A DNA stretch of 64,000 nt from Parcubacteria group bacterium (GTDB lineage Bacteria; Patescibacteriota; Minisyncoccia; Phycocordibacterales; WO2-35-19). A program made the translations under genes and the position numbers. The stretch is taken from NCBI GenBank assembly GCA_012514175.1, contig JAAZAU010000012.1, positions 3,479-67,478 on the forward strand, in the 5' to 3' direction. Below the pieces are notes generated by a model, which saw only the letters and a program-made list of their open reading frames with translations, had not been told where the DNA came from and ran no database searches. Shown piece by piece: positions 39,211 through 50,100 of the stretch (the first letter of the stretch is position 1; every line of letters begins with the position of its first letter).

Positions 39211-41617
39211 AACTTTGCTTCTTTTCTTCTTCAGAAATAGCGAGAATCATTGGAATAATGGAATCAGGATTGAGAGAGATCGCTTCAATGTTGTTAGAAA
39301 CTAGGAAACGAGTGAAATCAGGATAATCTGAAGGAGCTTGACCGCAAAAACCGATATATTTACCTCGTTCACGACATTTTTTGATGGCCATAGAAACCAA
39401 AGTTTTAACTGTTGGATCGTTTTCGTTGGAAATGTGAGCAACTACTCCAGAATCTCTATCTAAACCGAGCGAAAGTTGAGCTAAATCGTTTGAGCCAATG
39501 GAGAACCCGTCAAAAATATCCAAAAATTCATCAGCTCGTAATACATTGGATGGTATTTCACACATAACATAAACTTTAAACCCGTCCATACCTTTTTCCA
39601 AACCTTCTTCTTTCATAATATCTAAAACCTTCTGACCTTCTTCGGGAGTGCGACAGAAAGGAACTAGAGCGGCAATATTTTTAAGACCAAACTGTTCTCT
39701 AACTTTCTTAAAAGCTCTACATTCCAGTTTAAAAGCTTCTTTAAATTTTGGATCATAATAACGCGAGGCGCCACGCCAACCTATCATAGGGTTTTCTTCT
39801 TGAGGCTCAAATTCTTCACCACCAAGCAAAGTTGAGTATTCGTTAGTTTTGAAATCAGAAAATCTCACTATTACATCGTTTGGATAAAAAGCAGCACAAA
39901 TTTGACCAATACCTTCAGCGAGCTTATCAACATAATAACTTATCTTGTCGTCATAGCCAGCAGTAATCTTTTCAATTTTGTTTTGAAGAGTTTTGTTTAG
40001 ATTTTCAAAATTCAAAAGCGCATTTGGGTGAACTCTAATGTGAGAAGCGATAATAAACTCTTCACGAGCCAATCCAACACCTTTGTTTGGAATAAACGAA
40101 TGTATAAAGGCGCTTTCAGGAGAGCCAATATTCATACAAACTTTAGTTCTAGTCTCAGGGATATTGGTAATATCGTAAGCTTTTTCTGTCCACTCCAATT
40201 TGCCCTCAAACACACTGCCCACAGTACCACTTGAAGTATCTACTGTTACCAACTGACCGTTTTTAAGCTTAGAGAGAGCATCACCAGTACCAACTATAGC
40301 CGGAATACCAAGTTCGCGAGAAACGATAGCAGCATGACTGGTGCGCCCACCTTTTTCAGTCACAATAGCCGAAGCAATCTTCATAATCGGCTCCCAATCA
40401 GGGTCAGTAATTTCGGCGACTAAAATTTCACCTTTTTCAAATTCGTGTAATTTTTTTACATCGTTAATGATACGAACTTTACCGGAAGCGATTTTGTTAC
40501 CAACTGCAATACCTGTCGTTAAAACAGAATCACCTTTAGTAACCAAAGAATATTCAGTGATTGTGTTATGTTTTTTCTCTGATTGAACTGTCTCTGGTCG
40601 GGCTTGAACAATAAAGAGTTCGTTAGTAATGCCATCTTTGGCCCATTCTATATCCATCGGCATTGGTTTGCCGGCACGTTCTACATAATGTTTTTCAATC
40701 TCCACACCCCAACGAGATAAGGTTAGAATTTCTTCGTTATTTAAAACAAAAATATTTCTATCTTTTTCTGGAACATCTACTTCTTTAACTGGACTTTCTT
40801 TAGAAGTAGAATAAATCATTTTGTTTTCTTTGGAACCAATAGTTTTTCTGATAACGGCAGGAAAACCTTGGTTCAAAGTTGGTTTGAAAACCAAATATTC
40901 ATCTGGAGTAACTTTACCTTGCACTACCATTTCCCCAAGACCCCAAGAAGCATCTATTTGCACCACGTCTTTAAAACCACTTTCGGTATCAATAGTAAAC
41001 ATCACACCCGACGCACCTTTATCAGAACGCACCATTTTTTGCACACCGACGGAAAGAGCGACATCAAGATGATCAAAACCTCGGTCTACACGATAAGAAA
41101 TAGCTCGGTCAGTCCAAAGAGAAGCCATCGCCATTTTGACTGCCTCAAGAATTTTTTTCTCACCAACAACATTAAGAAAAGTTTCGTGTTGACCAGCAAA
41201 AGAAGCGTCTGGCAAATCTTCAGCTGTAGCAGAAGAACGCACTGCGGTATCAGTTTCCTTAATACCATAAGCATTTGAAAGATTTTTATAAGCTTCAGCA
41301 ATTTCTACTCGTATTTCTTCAGGCATATCTGATTTTACGATTGCATCTCTTATAGCTTTACCTCTCTTTTGTAAATCTTTAATGTTGTGTGTATCTAAAC
41401 CTTTAAGAGTTTTTTCAATAAAAGGAAGTAAGTTTTCTTTTTCAATAAAGTATCGGTAAGCGTAAGCCGTTACTATAAAACCATTTGGCACTCTGACGCC
41501 TCTATTTGTAAGAATGGTATACATCTCGCCAAGTGAGGCGTTCTTGCCTCCAACTATAGCGACGTCGTCATTGTTGACCTGATCAAACCAAAGAACAAAT
41601 TTTTTATCTTTTTCCAT
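39209..41617 (-). CDS. ppsA: Phosphoenolpyruvate synthase (pyruvate, water dikinase)
   Basis: VGGKNASLGEM, VRSSATAEDLPDASFAGQ, GGRTSHAAI, MCEIPSN, FSIGSNDL. Confidence 0.97.
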   Translation of the reverse strand: MEKDKKFVLWFDQVNNDDVAIVGGKNASLGEMYTILTNRGVRVPNGFIVTAYAYRYFIEKENLLPFIEKTLKGLDTHNIKDLQKRGKAIRDAIVKSDMPEEIRVEIAEAYKNLSNAYGIKETDTAVRSSATAEDLPDASFAGQHETFLNVVGEKKILEAVKMAMASLWTDRAISYRVDRGFDHLDVALSVGVQKMVRSDKGASGVMFTIDTESGFKDVVQIDASWGLGEMVVQGKVTPDEYLVFKPTLNQGFPAVIRKTIGSKENKMIYSTSKESPVKEVDVPEKDRNIFVLNNEEILTLSRWGVEIEKHYVERAGKPMPMDIEWAKDGITNELFIVQARPETVQSEKKHNTITEYSLVTKGDSVLTTGIAVGNKIASGKVRIINDVKKLHEFEKGEILVAEITDPDWEPIMKIASAIVTEKGGRTSHAAIVSRELGIPAIVGTGDALSKLKNGQLVTVDTSSGTVGSVFEGKLEWTEKAYDITNIPETRTKVCMNIGSPESAFIHSFIPNKGVGLAREEFIIASHIRVHPNALLNFENLNKTLQNKIEKITAGYDDKISYYVDKLAEGIGQICAAFYPNDVIVRFSDFKTNEYSTLLGGEEFEPQEENPMIGWRGASRYYDPKFKEAFKLECRAFKKVREQFGLKNIAALVPFCRTPEEGQKVLDIMKEEGLEKGMDGFKVYVMCEIPSNVLRADEFLDIFDGFSIGSNDLAQLSLGLDRDSGVVAHISNENDPTVKTLVSMAIKKCRERGKYIGFCGQAPSDYPDFTRFLVSNNIEAISLNPDSIIPMILAISEEEKKQS

Positions 41618-41647
41618 TTTTTACTTCATTTATTTAATTTTAGTAAA

Positions 41648-42934
41648 TTACTTATATAACATTATAAACAAATCTGAAACATTACTCCCAAGCCTGCCTG
41701 TGCATATCGCACCGCCAGCTTGTTTGAAAAAATTATAACTGTCACTTTTTTCTAAAAATTCTTCGGGCACTAAATTTAAATTTTTTGCTTTCTCAAAAAG
41801 CTCTGAGTCAGCGAGAGCACCAGCGTGTTCAGTGTTGTCCCAACCATCTGACGACGCACAAACCAAAACTGAATCGGGTTTTATAAAAGGAAGAGCAGCT
41901 AAAGCCATAGTTTGATTTCTTCCGCCTTTGCCTTGATTATTAGAAATGACTGTTGTTGTCTCACCTCCAAATAAAATGCAAGTTTTTGGTTTAGGTTCTC
42001 TTTTTGCTAAATCTTCACCGGATTGTTTAGCGTCTCCAGAAAATCTATCAGTTTCAATAGTTACGTTATAACCTAATTCTTCAGCCCTATCTCCCATTAT
42101 TTCTAACGAATCAGTATTGCTGACGAGCATTATATTTCTAACTTTTTCAAAATACATAGCGTCTTTAGGTGTTTCTACAAATTCCAAATCCATTTTTATT
42201 GAATACTTCTCTAAAACCTTTTTGGCCGTTTCAACATCTGTCCTGTCTAAAACAGTGGGGCCAGAAGCAATCGTGGACATATCATTGCTGGGCACATCTG
42301 AAAAAATAAGAGAGATTACTTGAGCAGGAAAACAAATCTTCGCAAAACCACCACCTTTTACTTTGGAGAGATGTTTTCTCACAGCGTTAAGTTCAAAAAT
42401 ATCTGCCGCTTTTTCGGTTAAACTTTTTGTAATTTCTACAAGAGTAGAAATGTCTACCGTCGGTAAATCAAAAAGGGAAGAGCCTCCACCGGAAATTAAA
42501 GTTATAACCAAATCTCTTCTAGAAAGATTCTCTATCATTTTTAAAACTTCTTTTGTGGCTTCTATATTTTGCTCTGATGGATACGGGTGAGTGCCAACAA
42601 AATATCTGATCTTGCCACAACTTACTAAACTTTCTGCTTCAGCTGAAGTTTTCACATCAATCACAATACCTTCTGTCAAATAATCTCCCAAAATACTGCC
42701 GATAACTTTGGCGCTATCCAAAGCGCACTTACCGATACCCACAAAGAAAATTTTTTCATAAGATTTAAGATCCAAAAGATATCCATCAATATTTAAAGTG
42801 TCATTCTCAACAAAAATTTTTCTGTTTAAAACTTTTTCAGTATCAATCGCCTGAAGACCTTTCTCTAAAATATCAAGTGCGTCTCTGCGCAATTCATTAG
42901 TGACTAACTCTTCTTTGTTTAAAATTATAGACAT
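41648..42934 (-). CDS. Glycerate 2-kinase (DUF4147/MOFRL family)
   Basis: GIGKCA, HPYP, LISGGGSSL, LNAVRKHLSKVKGG, SDV, IASGPT, GGETT, GGRNQ, TG..GSNVSD. Confidence 0.92.
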   Translation of the reverse strand: MSIILNKEELVTNELRRDALDILEKGLQAIDTEKVLNRKIFVENDTLNIDGYLLDLKSYEKIFFVGIGKCALDSAKVIGSILGDYLTEGIVIDVKTSAEAESLVSCGKIRYFVGTHPYPSEQNIEATKEVLKMIENLSRRDLVITLISGGGSSLFDLPTVDISTLVEITKSLTEKAADIFELNAVRKHLSKVKGGGFAKICFPAQVISLIFSDVPSNDMSTIASGPTVLDRTDVETAKKVLEKYSIKMDLEFVETPKDAMYFEKVRNIMLVSNTDSLEIMGDRAEELGYNVTIETDRFSGDAKQSGEDLAKREPKPKTCILFGGETTTVISNNQGKGGRNQTMALAALPFIKPDSVLVCASSDGWDNTEHAGALADSELFEKAKNLNLVPEEFLEKSDSYNFFKQAGGAICTGRLGSNVSDLFIMLYK

Positions 42935-43002
42935 AGTATTCTACATTTTAACATTTATGCACCAAAAACACTCCACTTAATCGTGGAAAACTTAGAATAA
43001 AG

Positions 43003-43073
43003 TCGGGGTGGGGAAAATCGAATTCCCGTCTCACGAACCCGAATCGTGTATACTACCACTGTACTACACCCCG
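43003..43073 (-). tRNA. tRNA-Pro(CGG)
   Basis: CGGGGTG/CACCCCG acceptor stem, CACGA-TTCGGGT-TCGTG anticodon arm. Confidence 0.92.
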
Positions 43074-43178
43074 AATTTTCTTTTTTACTCTACATTAAAA
43101 ATTTAATAAAATGAAGTCTATAAATTATAAGTATCCCCATTCTGATTAGACTGGTTAGAAAAAATAAACTTCTTCAGG

Positions 43179-43260
43179 TGGGCACGGGGAGATTTGAACT
43201 CCCAAGCCTTGCGGCATACGCTTCTGAAGCGTACGCGTATACCAATTCCGCCACGTACCC
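43179..43260 (-). tRNA. tRNA-Leu(CAG)
   Basis: GGGTACG/CGTGCCC acceptor stem, TACGC-TTCAGAA-GCGTA anticodon arm, long variable arm GCCGCAAGGC. Confidence 0.93.
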
Positions 43261-43320
43261 AACAAAAACAATATAACAGATTTGACCTTATTTAGATAAT
43301 CTGCTAATCTAATTGGCGTA

Positions 43321-43839
43321 ATGTTAAAGATTAGATTACAAAGAGTTGGCAGGAAGCATGAGCCGGTGTTCCGGCTTGTTTTGACTGACTCAAAAAATGG
43401 ACCTAAAAGTGGTAAATTTTTAGAAATTTTAGGTCATTATGATGCCAGGAGAGGGGAAAAAGCCGAATTCAAAATAGAAAAAATAAAGGAACTTATGTCC
43501 AAAGGAGCAAAACTTTCTGACACTGTGCATAATTTGCTAGTGGATAAAAAAGCAATAGAGGGCAAAAAGATAAATGTTTTGCCTAAAAAGACAGTTATCA
43601 AAAAAGAAGTTGTTGAAGAAGCTAAAACAGAAGAAACTAAAGTAGCTACACCAGAAGTAGCTTCAGAAACAGCTCCTGCACCTTCCGAAACTCCAGCAGA
43701 GTCAGTAGAACAAACAGAACCAACAAAAACTGAAGAAGTTAAAGCAGAAGAAACTTCAGTAAACACAGTTGATACAACCGCAGAAACACCAGCTGAAACC
43801 AACCCAGAAGAGTCAAAAACTGAAGAACCTAAAGCTTAA
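43321..43839 (+). CDS. rpsP: 30S ribosomal protein S16 with long acidic low-complexity tail
   Basis: MLKIRLQRVGRK..P.FRLV..DS, GKFLEILGHYD. Confidence 0.93.
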   Translation: MLKIRLQRVGRKHEPVFRLVLTDSKNGPKSGKFLEILGHYDARRGEKAEFKIEKIKELMSKGAKLSDTVHNLLVDKKAIEGKKINVLPKKTVIKKEVVEEAKTEETKVATPEVASETAPAPSETPAESVEQTEPTKTEEVKAEETSVNTVDTTAETPAETNPEESKTEEPKA

Positions 43840-43938
43840 TTTTAGATAAGCACAGTTTTCATTTGCACTTGTCAAACATTTATAATATAATTCCAGACGG
43901 AAAAGTTTTATTACTTATTAGTTTTTAGCCTAACTTAA

Positions 43939-44256
43939 ATGGAAAAAGACGCAGAATTTTTAGAATATGTTGTTAAAGGATTAGTGGATCATCCAGAATC
44001 AGTGAAGATCAATCGTACTGTTGATGAAATGGGAGTACTTTTGAATCTTGACGTTCATCAAGATGATATGGGTAAAATAATTGGTCGCTCAGGCAATACC
44101 GCCAAAGCTATCAGAATTTTACTCCGCGTTGTGGGTATGAAAAATAACGCCAGAGTTAATCTTAAGATCAACGAACCAGAAGGTGGCAGAAAAAGCACCA
44201 CAACCACTGATGACGTAAAATCAGTTGATGATGTTATTGAAGATTTGAAAATATAA
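43939..44256 (+). CDS. khpA: KH-domain RNA-binding protein (KhpA/YlqC)
   Basis: LVDHPE.V, DMGKIIGRSGNTAKAIR; lies between rpsP and trmD. Confidence 0.9.
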   Translation: MEKDAEFLEYVVKGLVDHPESVKINRTVDEMGVLLNLDVHQDDMGKIIGRSGNTAKAIRILLRVVGMKNNARVNLKINEPEGGRKSTTTTDDVKSVDDVIEDLKI

Positions 44257-44319
44257 TTCAAAAAATAAAAAACGAAGATGCTCCTAGACATAGGGGCATT
44301 TTTGTTATATTATTAATAA

Positions 44320-45039
44320 ATGACATTTCACATTATAACTTTGTTTCCACATCTGTTTGATTCATATTTAAGCGAATCTATTTTAGGGCGTGCTCAAAAA
44401 AATAAAAAAGTAAAAGTGCAATTTTATAACCCGAGAGATTTTGTAAAACCATCTAAAACCCAAGCTAAAAATGAAAAACCTTATCTCAGAATAGATGCCA
44501 AACCTTATGGCGGTGGAGCAGGTATGATATTGCAAGCTGAGCCGATCTTAAAAGCTGTTCAAAAAATTGAAAAGAAAATAAAAAACCGAAAGAAAAAAAT
44601 TGTTATTTTTTCAGCTAAAGGAAAAACTTTCAATCAAAAAATGGCACACAATTGGGCTAACAAATATCAAGATATAGTATTTATTACTGGACGCTATGAA
44701 GGTATAGACGAAAGAGTGAAAAAAGCCTTAAGAGCCGAAGAGGTTTCTATTGGTCCTTACGTCTTAACTGATGGTGATATCGCTTCAATGGTAGCTTATT
44801 CAGCTGTGGTACGACTTATTCCTGGAGTTATAAAGCTTGAATCATTAGAAGAAGAATCGCATTGGAATCTTTTACTCAAAAATGAAAAGAAAAACAAGCT
44901 TGGTGAGAATGGTTTAGAATATCCACACTATACTCGTCCAGAAGTTTTAGAATACAAAGGTAAAAAATACCGAGTACCAAAGATTTTGCTCTCTGGCAAC
45001 CACAAAAAAATTGAGGAGTGGCGCAAAAAAAACCGATAA
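44320..45039 (+). CDS. trmD: tRNA (guanine-N1)-methyltransferase
   Basis: IITLFP, PYGGGAGM, GRYEGIDERV, LEYPHYTRP, LLSGNHKKI. Confidence 0.97.
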   Translation: MTFHIITLFPHLFDSYLSESILGRAQKNKKVKVQFYNPRDFVKPSKTQAKNEKPYLRIDAKPYGGGAGMILQAEPILKAVQKIEKKIKNRKKKIVIFSAKGKTFNQKMAHNWANKYQDIVFITGRYEGIDERVKKALRAEEVSIGPYVLTDGDIASMVAYSAVVRLIPGVIKLESLEEESHWNLLLKNEKKNKLGENGLEYPHYTRPEVLEYKGKKYRVPKILLSGNHKKIEEWRKKNR

Positions 45040-45205
45040 CCCAAATAAAATTATCAAATACAGAAAATGTCAAAGGTGCCTTATGGCATTTTTTGTGTTC
45101 TATGTGTATATCTTTTGTGCATTTTTTCTAAAGAATAGTAGAATAAAACTATTAACAATAATTTTTCCGCCTTCACTCAAACTATAGGTGGGTAAATAAA
45201 AAAAT

Positions 45206-45403
45206 ATGGAGAGTTTAAACTTTGAAAAGAAACCAACAATTGAAGTAGAAAATTTAGCAAACCCAGAAACCACCAGTAAGGAAAAAATTGCTATGGCTGA
45301 AAAAGTTATAGCAGACCGTTTTGAAAAAGTGCAAAAACTAGCCATAGCAAAAATAACTCAAAATCCATATTTTCGAGATCCCAGATATTTAGAACATTTA
45401 TAG
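45206..45403 (+). CDS. Hypothetical protein (possible gene fragment)
   Basis: 65-aa ATG ORF co-directional with its neighbours; no motif. Confidence 0.4.
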   Translation: MESLNFEKKPTIEVENLANPETTSKEKIAMAEKVIADRFEKVQKLAIAKITQNPYFRDPRYLEHL

Positions 45404-45423
45404 TTACATTTTAAACATATTCT

Positions 45424-45741
45424 ATGAAGCATCCTATTAAAGACGAAATAGATTTTTTGATTGCGCAGGCGCAAAACGAAACCGACATCGCTAAAGAAAT
45501 CGTTGATGATATCAGAAGCAGAAGCGGAGACGATGCTAAAAAATATTACGAAGAAAAATTGGCTCTAAAGATGCTGGAATTTTTCAAAGAAGAAGAGAAG
45601 ATTATTTCTCTTTATGTTGAGGCCAAAAAAAATTATCCAATACTGGCAGAACTTATGGAAAACAAGAGGCCTTGCCTTAAAGAAATGCTTGTTGAAGCTA
45701 AAAAATTATACAAAAAGAATGTGCTAGGTGAAAACACTTAG
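45424..45741 (+). CDS. Hypothetical helical protein
   Basis: 105-aa ORF ending 14 nt before the GH15-like gene. Confidence 0.5.
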   Translation: MKHPIKDEIDFLIAQAQNETDIAKEIVDDIRSRSGDDAKKYYEEKLALKMLEFFKEEEKIISLYVEAKKNYPILAELMENKRPCLKEMLVEAKKLYKKNVLGENT

Positions 45742-45755
45742 ACAAAGTTGAAAAT

Positions 45756-46829
45756 ATGAATGAAGATATCCTAGACAAACATTTAGCTAATATTCGCTCT
45801 TTACAATCAAAAAGTGGGCTTTTTACAGCTTCTCGTAGTGATGTTTCCACGGGTTATAACAAAGCTTGGCTCCGAGACAATTTTTACACCTGTCTAGCTT
45901 TTGAAGAAATTGAAGATTGGGCAACGGTTAAAAAAACTTGGAAAGCAATACTCAACATTTTTAAAAAACATAAAAACAAAATAAACTGGGCAGTAGAAAA
46001 TAAACCTTATCAAACTTTCCAATATATCCACGCTAGATATCATCCAGAAACCTTTGAAGAGTTTTGGGAAGAGTGGGGCAACAAACAGAATGACGCTATT
46101 GGCGCTATTCTTTTTAAGATTGGTGATTTAGAAAGTAGGGGTATAAAAATCATAGAAAATGACGAAGAAAGAGAAGTGTTACAAATTTTAGTGGATTATC
46201 TCAATTCTATTGAATATTGGCACGACCCAGACAATGGTGTTTGGGAAGAATACGAAGAAGTGCACGCCTCTTCAGTTGGCGCTTGTGTGGCAGGACTTAA
46301 ATCTATTTCTAAACTCGGATTTATTAGGATGCCTTACAACTTGGCAGAAATAGGAGAAGAAAATTTAAAAAAAATATTACCACGAGAATCAAGTAGTAAA
46401 TTTGTAGACTTAGCTCTTCTTTCATTGATCTACCCTTTTAATGTAGTTCCCGAAAAAACTGCTCGTGAAATAGTTAGACATATAGAATACCACTTAGAAA
46501 GAGACCGCGGAATCATCAGATATAAAAACGACCGTTATTTTAATAAAAATATAGATGGAGTTAGTGAAGAAGCGGAATGGTGTTTTGGTTTTCCTTGGCT
46601 TTCTATCATTTATCGCAGATGGTCTGAAGATGGAAAAAACTTTGGTGACATCACTGACAATGATGACGCTTTGAGAGCCAACGAATATTTAGAAAAAGCT
46701 TTCAAGACTATTTACAAAGGCCAAATCCCCGAACTTTATTTTTCTGATTCTGATCAACCCAATGATAATGTTCCTTTGGGTTGGTCTGAATCTTTATTTG
46801 TGGTGGCTTTGTTAAGAGCTGGAAAATAA
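45756..46829 (+). CDS. Glycoside hydrolase family 15 / phosphorylase-kinase-like protein
   Basis: YNKAWLRDN, QNDAIG, PDNGVWEE, SSVG, GIIRY..D.Y, PELY, PLGWSES. Confidence 0.85.
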   Translation: MNEDILDKHLANIRSLQSKSGLFTASRSDVSTGYNKAWLRDNFYTCLAFEEIEDWATVKKTWKAILNIFKKHKNKINWAVENKPYQTFQYIHARYHPETFEEFWEEWGNKQNDAIGAILFKIGDLESRGIKIIENDEEREVLQILVDYLNSIEYWHDPDNGVWEEYEEVHASSVGACVAGLKSISKLGFIRMPYNLAEIGEENLKKILPRESSSKFVDLALLSLIYPFNVVPEKTAREIVRHIEYHLERDRGIIRYKNDRYFNKNIDGVSEEAEWCFGFPWLSIIYRRWSEDGKNFGDITDNDDALRANEYLEKAFKTIYKGQIPELYFSDSDQPNDNVPLGWSESLFVVALLRAGK

Positions 46830-46866
46830 TCTCTTCAACAAACACTTTCTCAAAAGCGAAAATTTT

Positions 46867-46920
46867 TTATCCACAGCAAGCGGTTGACAAGCTTGACAGT
46901 TGTGCATAGAAGTGTATACT
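46867..46920 (+). promoter_or_regulatory. DnaA box and sigma70 promoter of the rpoB operon
   Basis: TTATCCACA at 46867-46875; TTGACA(46893)-16 nt-TATACT(46915). Confidence 0.65.
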
Positions 46921-47158
46921 AGTGTTTACTATTGATTGATTGAGTTATGGCTTGTCAATGGTAGGCTGTTAATAGCCAAATCTCTTTATTTTAAGAGATT
47001 AATTACAAGCGAAATTCTCTGGCTTGATATATAAAATAGAAAATAGTTAAAGAGCGGAGGAAATAAAAAATCCCAAGAACATTGGGGTGTATTTTCGTGT
47101 TTGTGTTTAATAATTTAATAGGAAAGTAAGTAGTAAATTTTATATTAACAACAATTAT

Positions 47159-50100
47159 ATGACAACAACCGAAACAAAAGACAAAGTTCTGACCGGTAAA
47201 GTGTTGCCGAAAAAATATTTCAGCAAGTTCAAAAAATCACTAGCCCCAATCCCTAATTTAGTCAAAGACCAAATAGAATCTTTCAATTGGCTTATAGAGA
47301 AGGGTATTAAAGAAATCTTTGATGAGTTTGCTGTTATTAACGACCCGTCCGGTAAAAAATTCAAATTTGAATTTTTGGGTTTTGAATTAGAGCAACCAAA
47401 ATACGATGAATATTATGCTAAAGAAAAGAAACTTTCCTATGAAGCACCCCTCAAAGTCAGAGTTAAACTCACTAATAAAGTTTTAAACACCGAAAAAGAA
47501 CAAGAGCTTTTCTTGGCTGATTTTCCGATGATGACTCCGCACGGCACTTTTATAATAAGTGGTATTGAGAGAGTAATAGTGCCACAACTTGCCAGATCTT
47601 TCGGTGTGTTTTTCACTAAAATTGAACTTAAAGGCAGATCTTTATTTGGTGTCAAAATCATTCCTGCCCGTGGCGCTTGGATTGAGATTGAGACTGATAT
47701 TGATAAAACTATATACGTTCGTATAGATAGAAAAAGAAAATTCCCAGTCACTGCCTTGTTGCGAGCTTTTGGCGCTGAAACAGACTCTGAGATATTTGAA
47801 TTATTTAAAGACAATAAAGAAGCTAAAGAATACATAGAAAAATCTTTAGCTAAAGATCACACCAAAACTGCTGATGAGGCTTACATAGAAATATACAGGA
47901 GACTTAGGGATGGAGATTTGGCCACCGCTGAAAATGCTAAAGAATTTTTCATAAACCTTTTTGAATCAGACAGATACGACTTACAAAAAGTTGGCCGTTT
48001 CAGATTTAATTCCAGATTCAATTTACCAACAGATGGTAAAGATGCTGACAGAAGAACTTTAAACCTTGAAGATCTAAAACTTGTGGTGAATCATATAATC
48101 ACCCTGAACACAACTCCAGGATCAATTGAAGATGATATTGATCACTTGGGTTCTAGAAGAGTTCGCTATGTTGGTGAAATGATGCAACAAAAATTCCGCG
48201 TCGGAATGGTTCAAATAAAAAGAAATATGCAGAACAGAATGTCCACAGTTGATACTGATGTAACTTTACCTGTTCAATTTATAATACCAAAACCACTACA
48301 AGCTAGGCTCAAAGAGTTCTTTGCCACCAACCAACTTTCACAATTTATGTCTCAAGAAAACGCGTTGGCGGAAATAGAACACTTGAGATTGCTTTCAGCC
48401 TTAGGACCAGGAGGACTCAATAGAAGTCGAGCAGGATTTGAGGTTCGTGATGTGCACCCTTCACACTACGGCAGACTTTGTCCAATACACACACCCGAAG
48501 GTCCAAACATTGGTCTTATATTGCACCTTGCTCTTTACGCTCGTGTCAACGAATTCGGAATGATTGAAACTCCTTATGTGAAAGTTAAAAACGGCAAAGT
48601 AACAAACGAAATAGAATATTTTAATGCGTTAGAAGAAGAAAAATTTGCTATTGCTCATGCTGCTACCGGTAGAGATGAGGCCGGTAATATTACTGAAGAA
48701 ATGGTAGAAATCCGTATCGGTGGCAAACCAGATATGATTCAAAAAGACAAAGTGGAATATATGGACGTGTCTACAAGTCAAGCTTTCTCAATTGCCACTT
48801 CACTTATACCGTTTTTAAATCACGACGATGCAAACCGCGCACTCATGGGTTCAAATATGCAAAAACAAGCTACGCCATGCGTTGAGCCCGAACCACCGTT
48901 GGTAGCTACTGGCATTGAGGGTCCAGCAATGAGAGACACTGGCAGATTGGTTATAGCTGAAAAAGAAGGCGTTGTTTCAAAGGTTGATGGAAGCTCTGTT
49001 GAAGTTACCGACAACAAAGGCACAAAAAAGGAATACAAATTGGTCAATTTTGCTAAAACTAACGGCGCAACTTGTTTCCACCAAAGACCTACTGTAAACA
49101 TAGGAGACAAGGTTAAGTCGGGAGACGTTTTAGCTGACACACTTATGTCTGTGCAAGGAGAAATGGCTCTAGGTCAAAATATTCTCATCGGTTTTCTTTC
49201 GTGGTCAGGCGCAAACTATGAAGACGCAATCATTCTTTCTGAAAGACTTATTAAAGAAAATAAATTTACAACTATTCATATTGATGAAATTACAGTTAAT
49301 GTGCGTGATACCAAACTTGGACCAGAAGTTACAACTTGTGATATACCAAACGTTGGTGAAGCTAAACTCAAAAATTTAGCTGAGGATGGCATAATTAGAG
49401 TCGGCGCCGAAGTCAACCCGGGAGATATTTTAGTGGGTAAAATTACTCCAAAAGGCGAAACTCAACTCACCCCAGAAGAACGACTTCTCAGGTCTCTCTT
49501 TGGTGAAAAAGCTAGAGATGTCAAAGACACTTCTAAGAGAGTAGAGGGTGGTAAAAAAGGCAGAATCATAAATGTGCAAGTTTTTTCAAGAGAAAAAGGC
49601 GATAAACTTGAATCAGGCATTATTAAAAGAATTCATATTGAAATAGCTCAAATTAGAAATGTTTCAGTTGGTGATAAACTTGCGGGACGTCATGGAAACA
49701 AAGGTGTTATCTCCACAATTTTACCTGTTGAAGATATGCCTTATATGGCTGATGGTACTCCAATAGATATGATACTTACTCCACTCGGCGTGCCTTCACG
49801 TATGAACCTTGGACAAATTTTAGAACTTCATTTGGGAGCAGCCGCCAAAAATTTAAATTATCAAGCTGTTGTTCCTCCATTCGCAGGATCAACTGATCAA
49901 GAAATCAAAGAGGAGCTCAAAAAAGCGGGGCTCAGTGAAGACGGAAAAGTGCAACTTTACGACGGCAGAACTGGAGAAGCTATAAAACAAAAAACTGCTG
50001 TGGGTTATATGTATATGCTCAAACTTGACCATATGGTTGAAGACAAAATCCATATGCGCTCTATTGGTCCTTACTCTCTCATTACCCAGCAACCTTTGGG

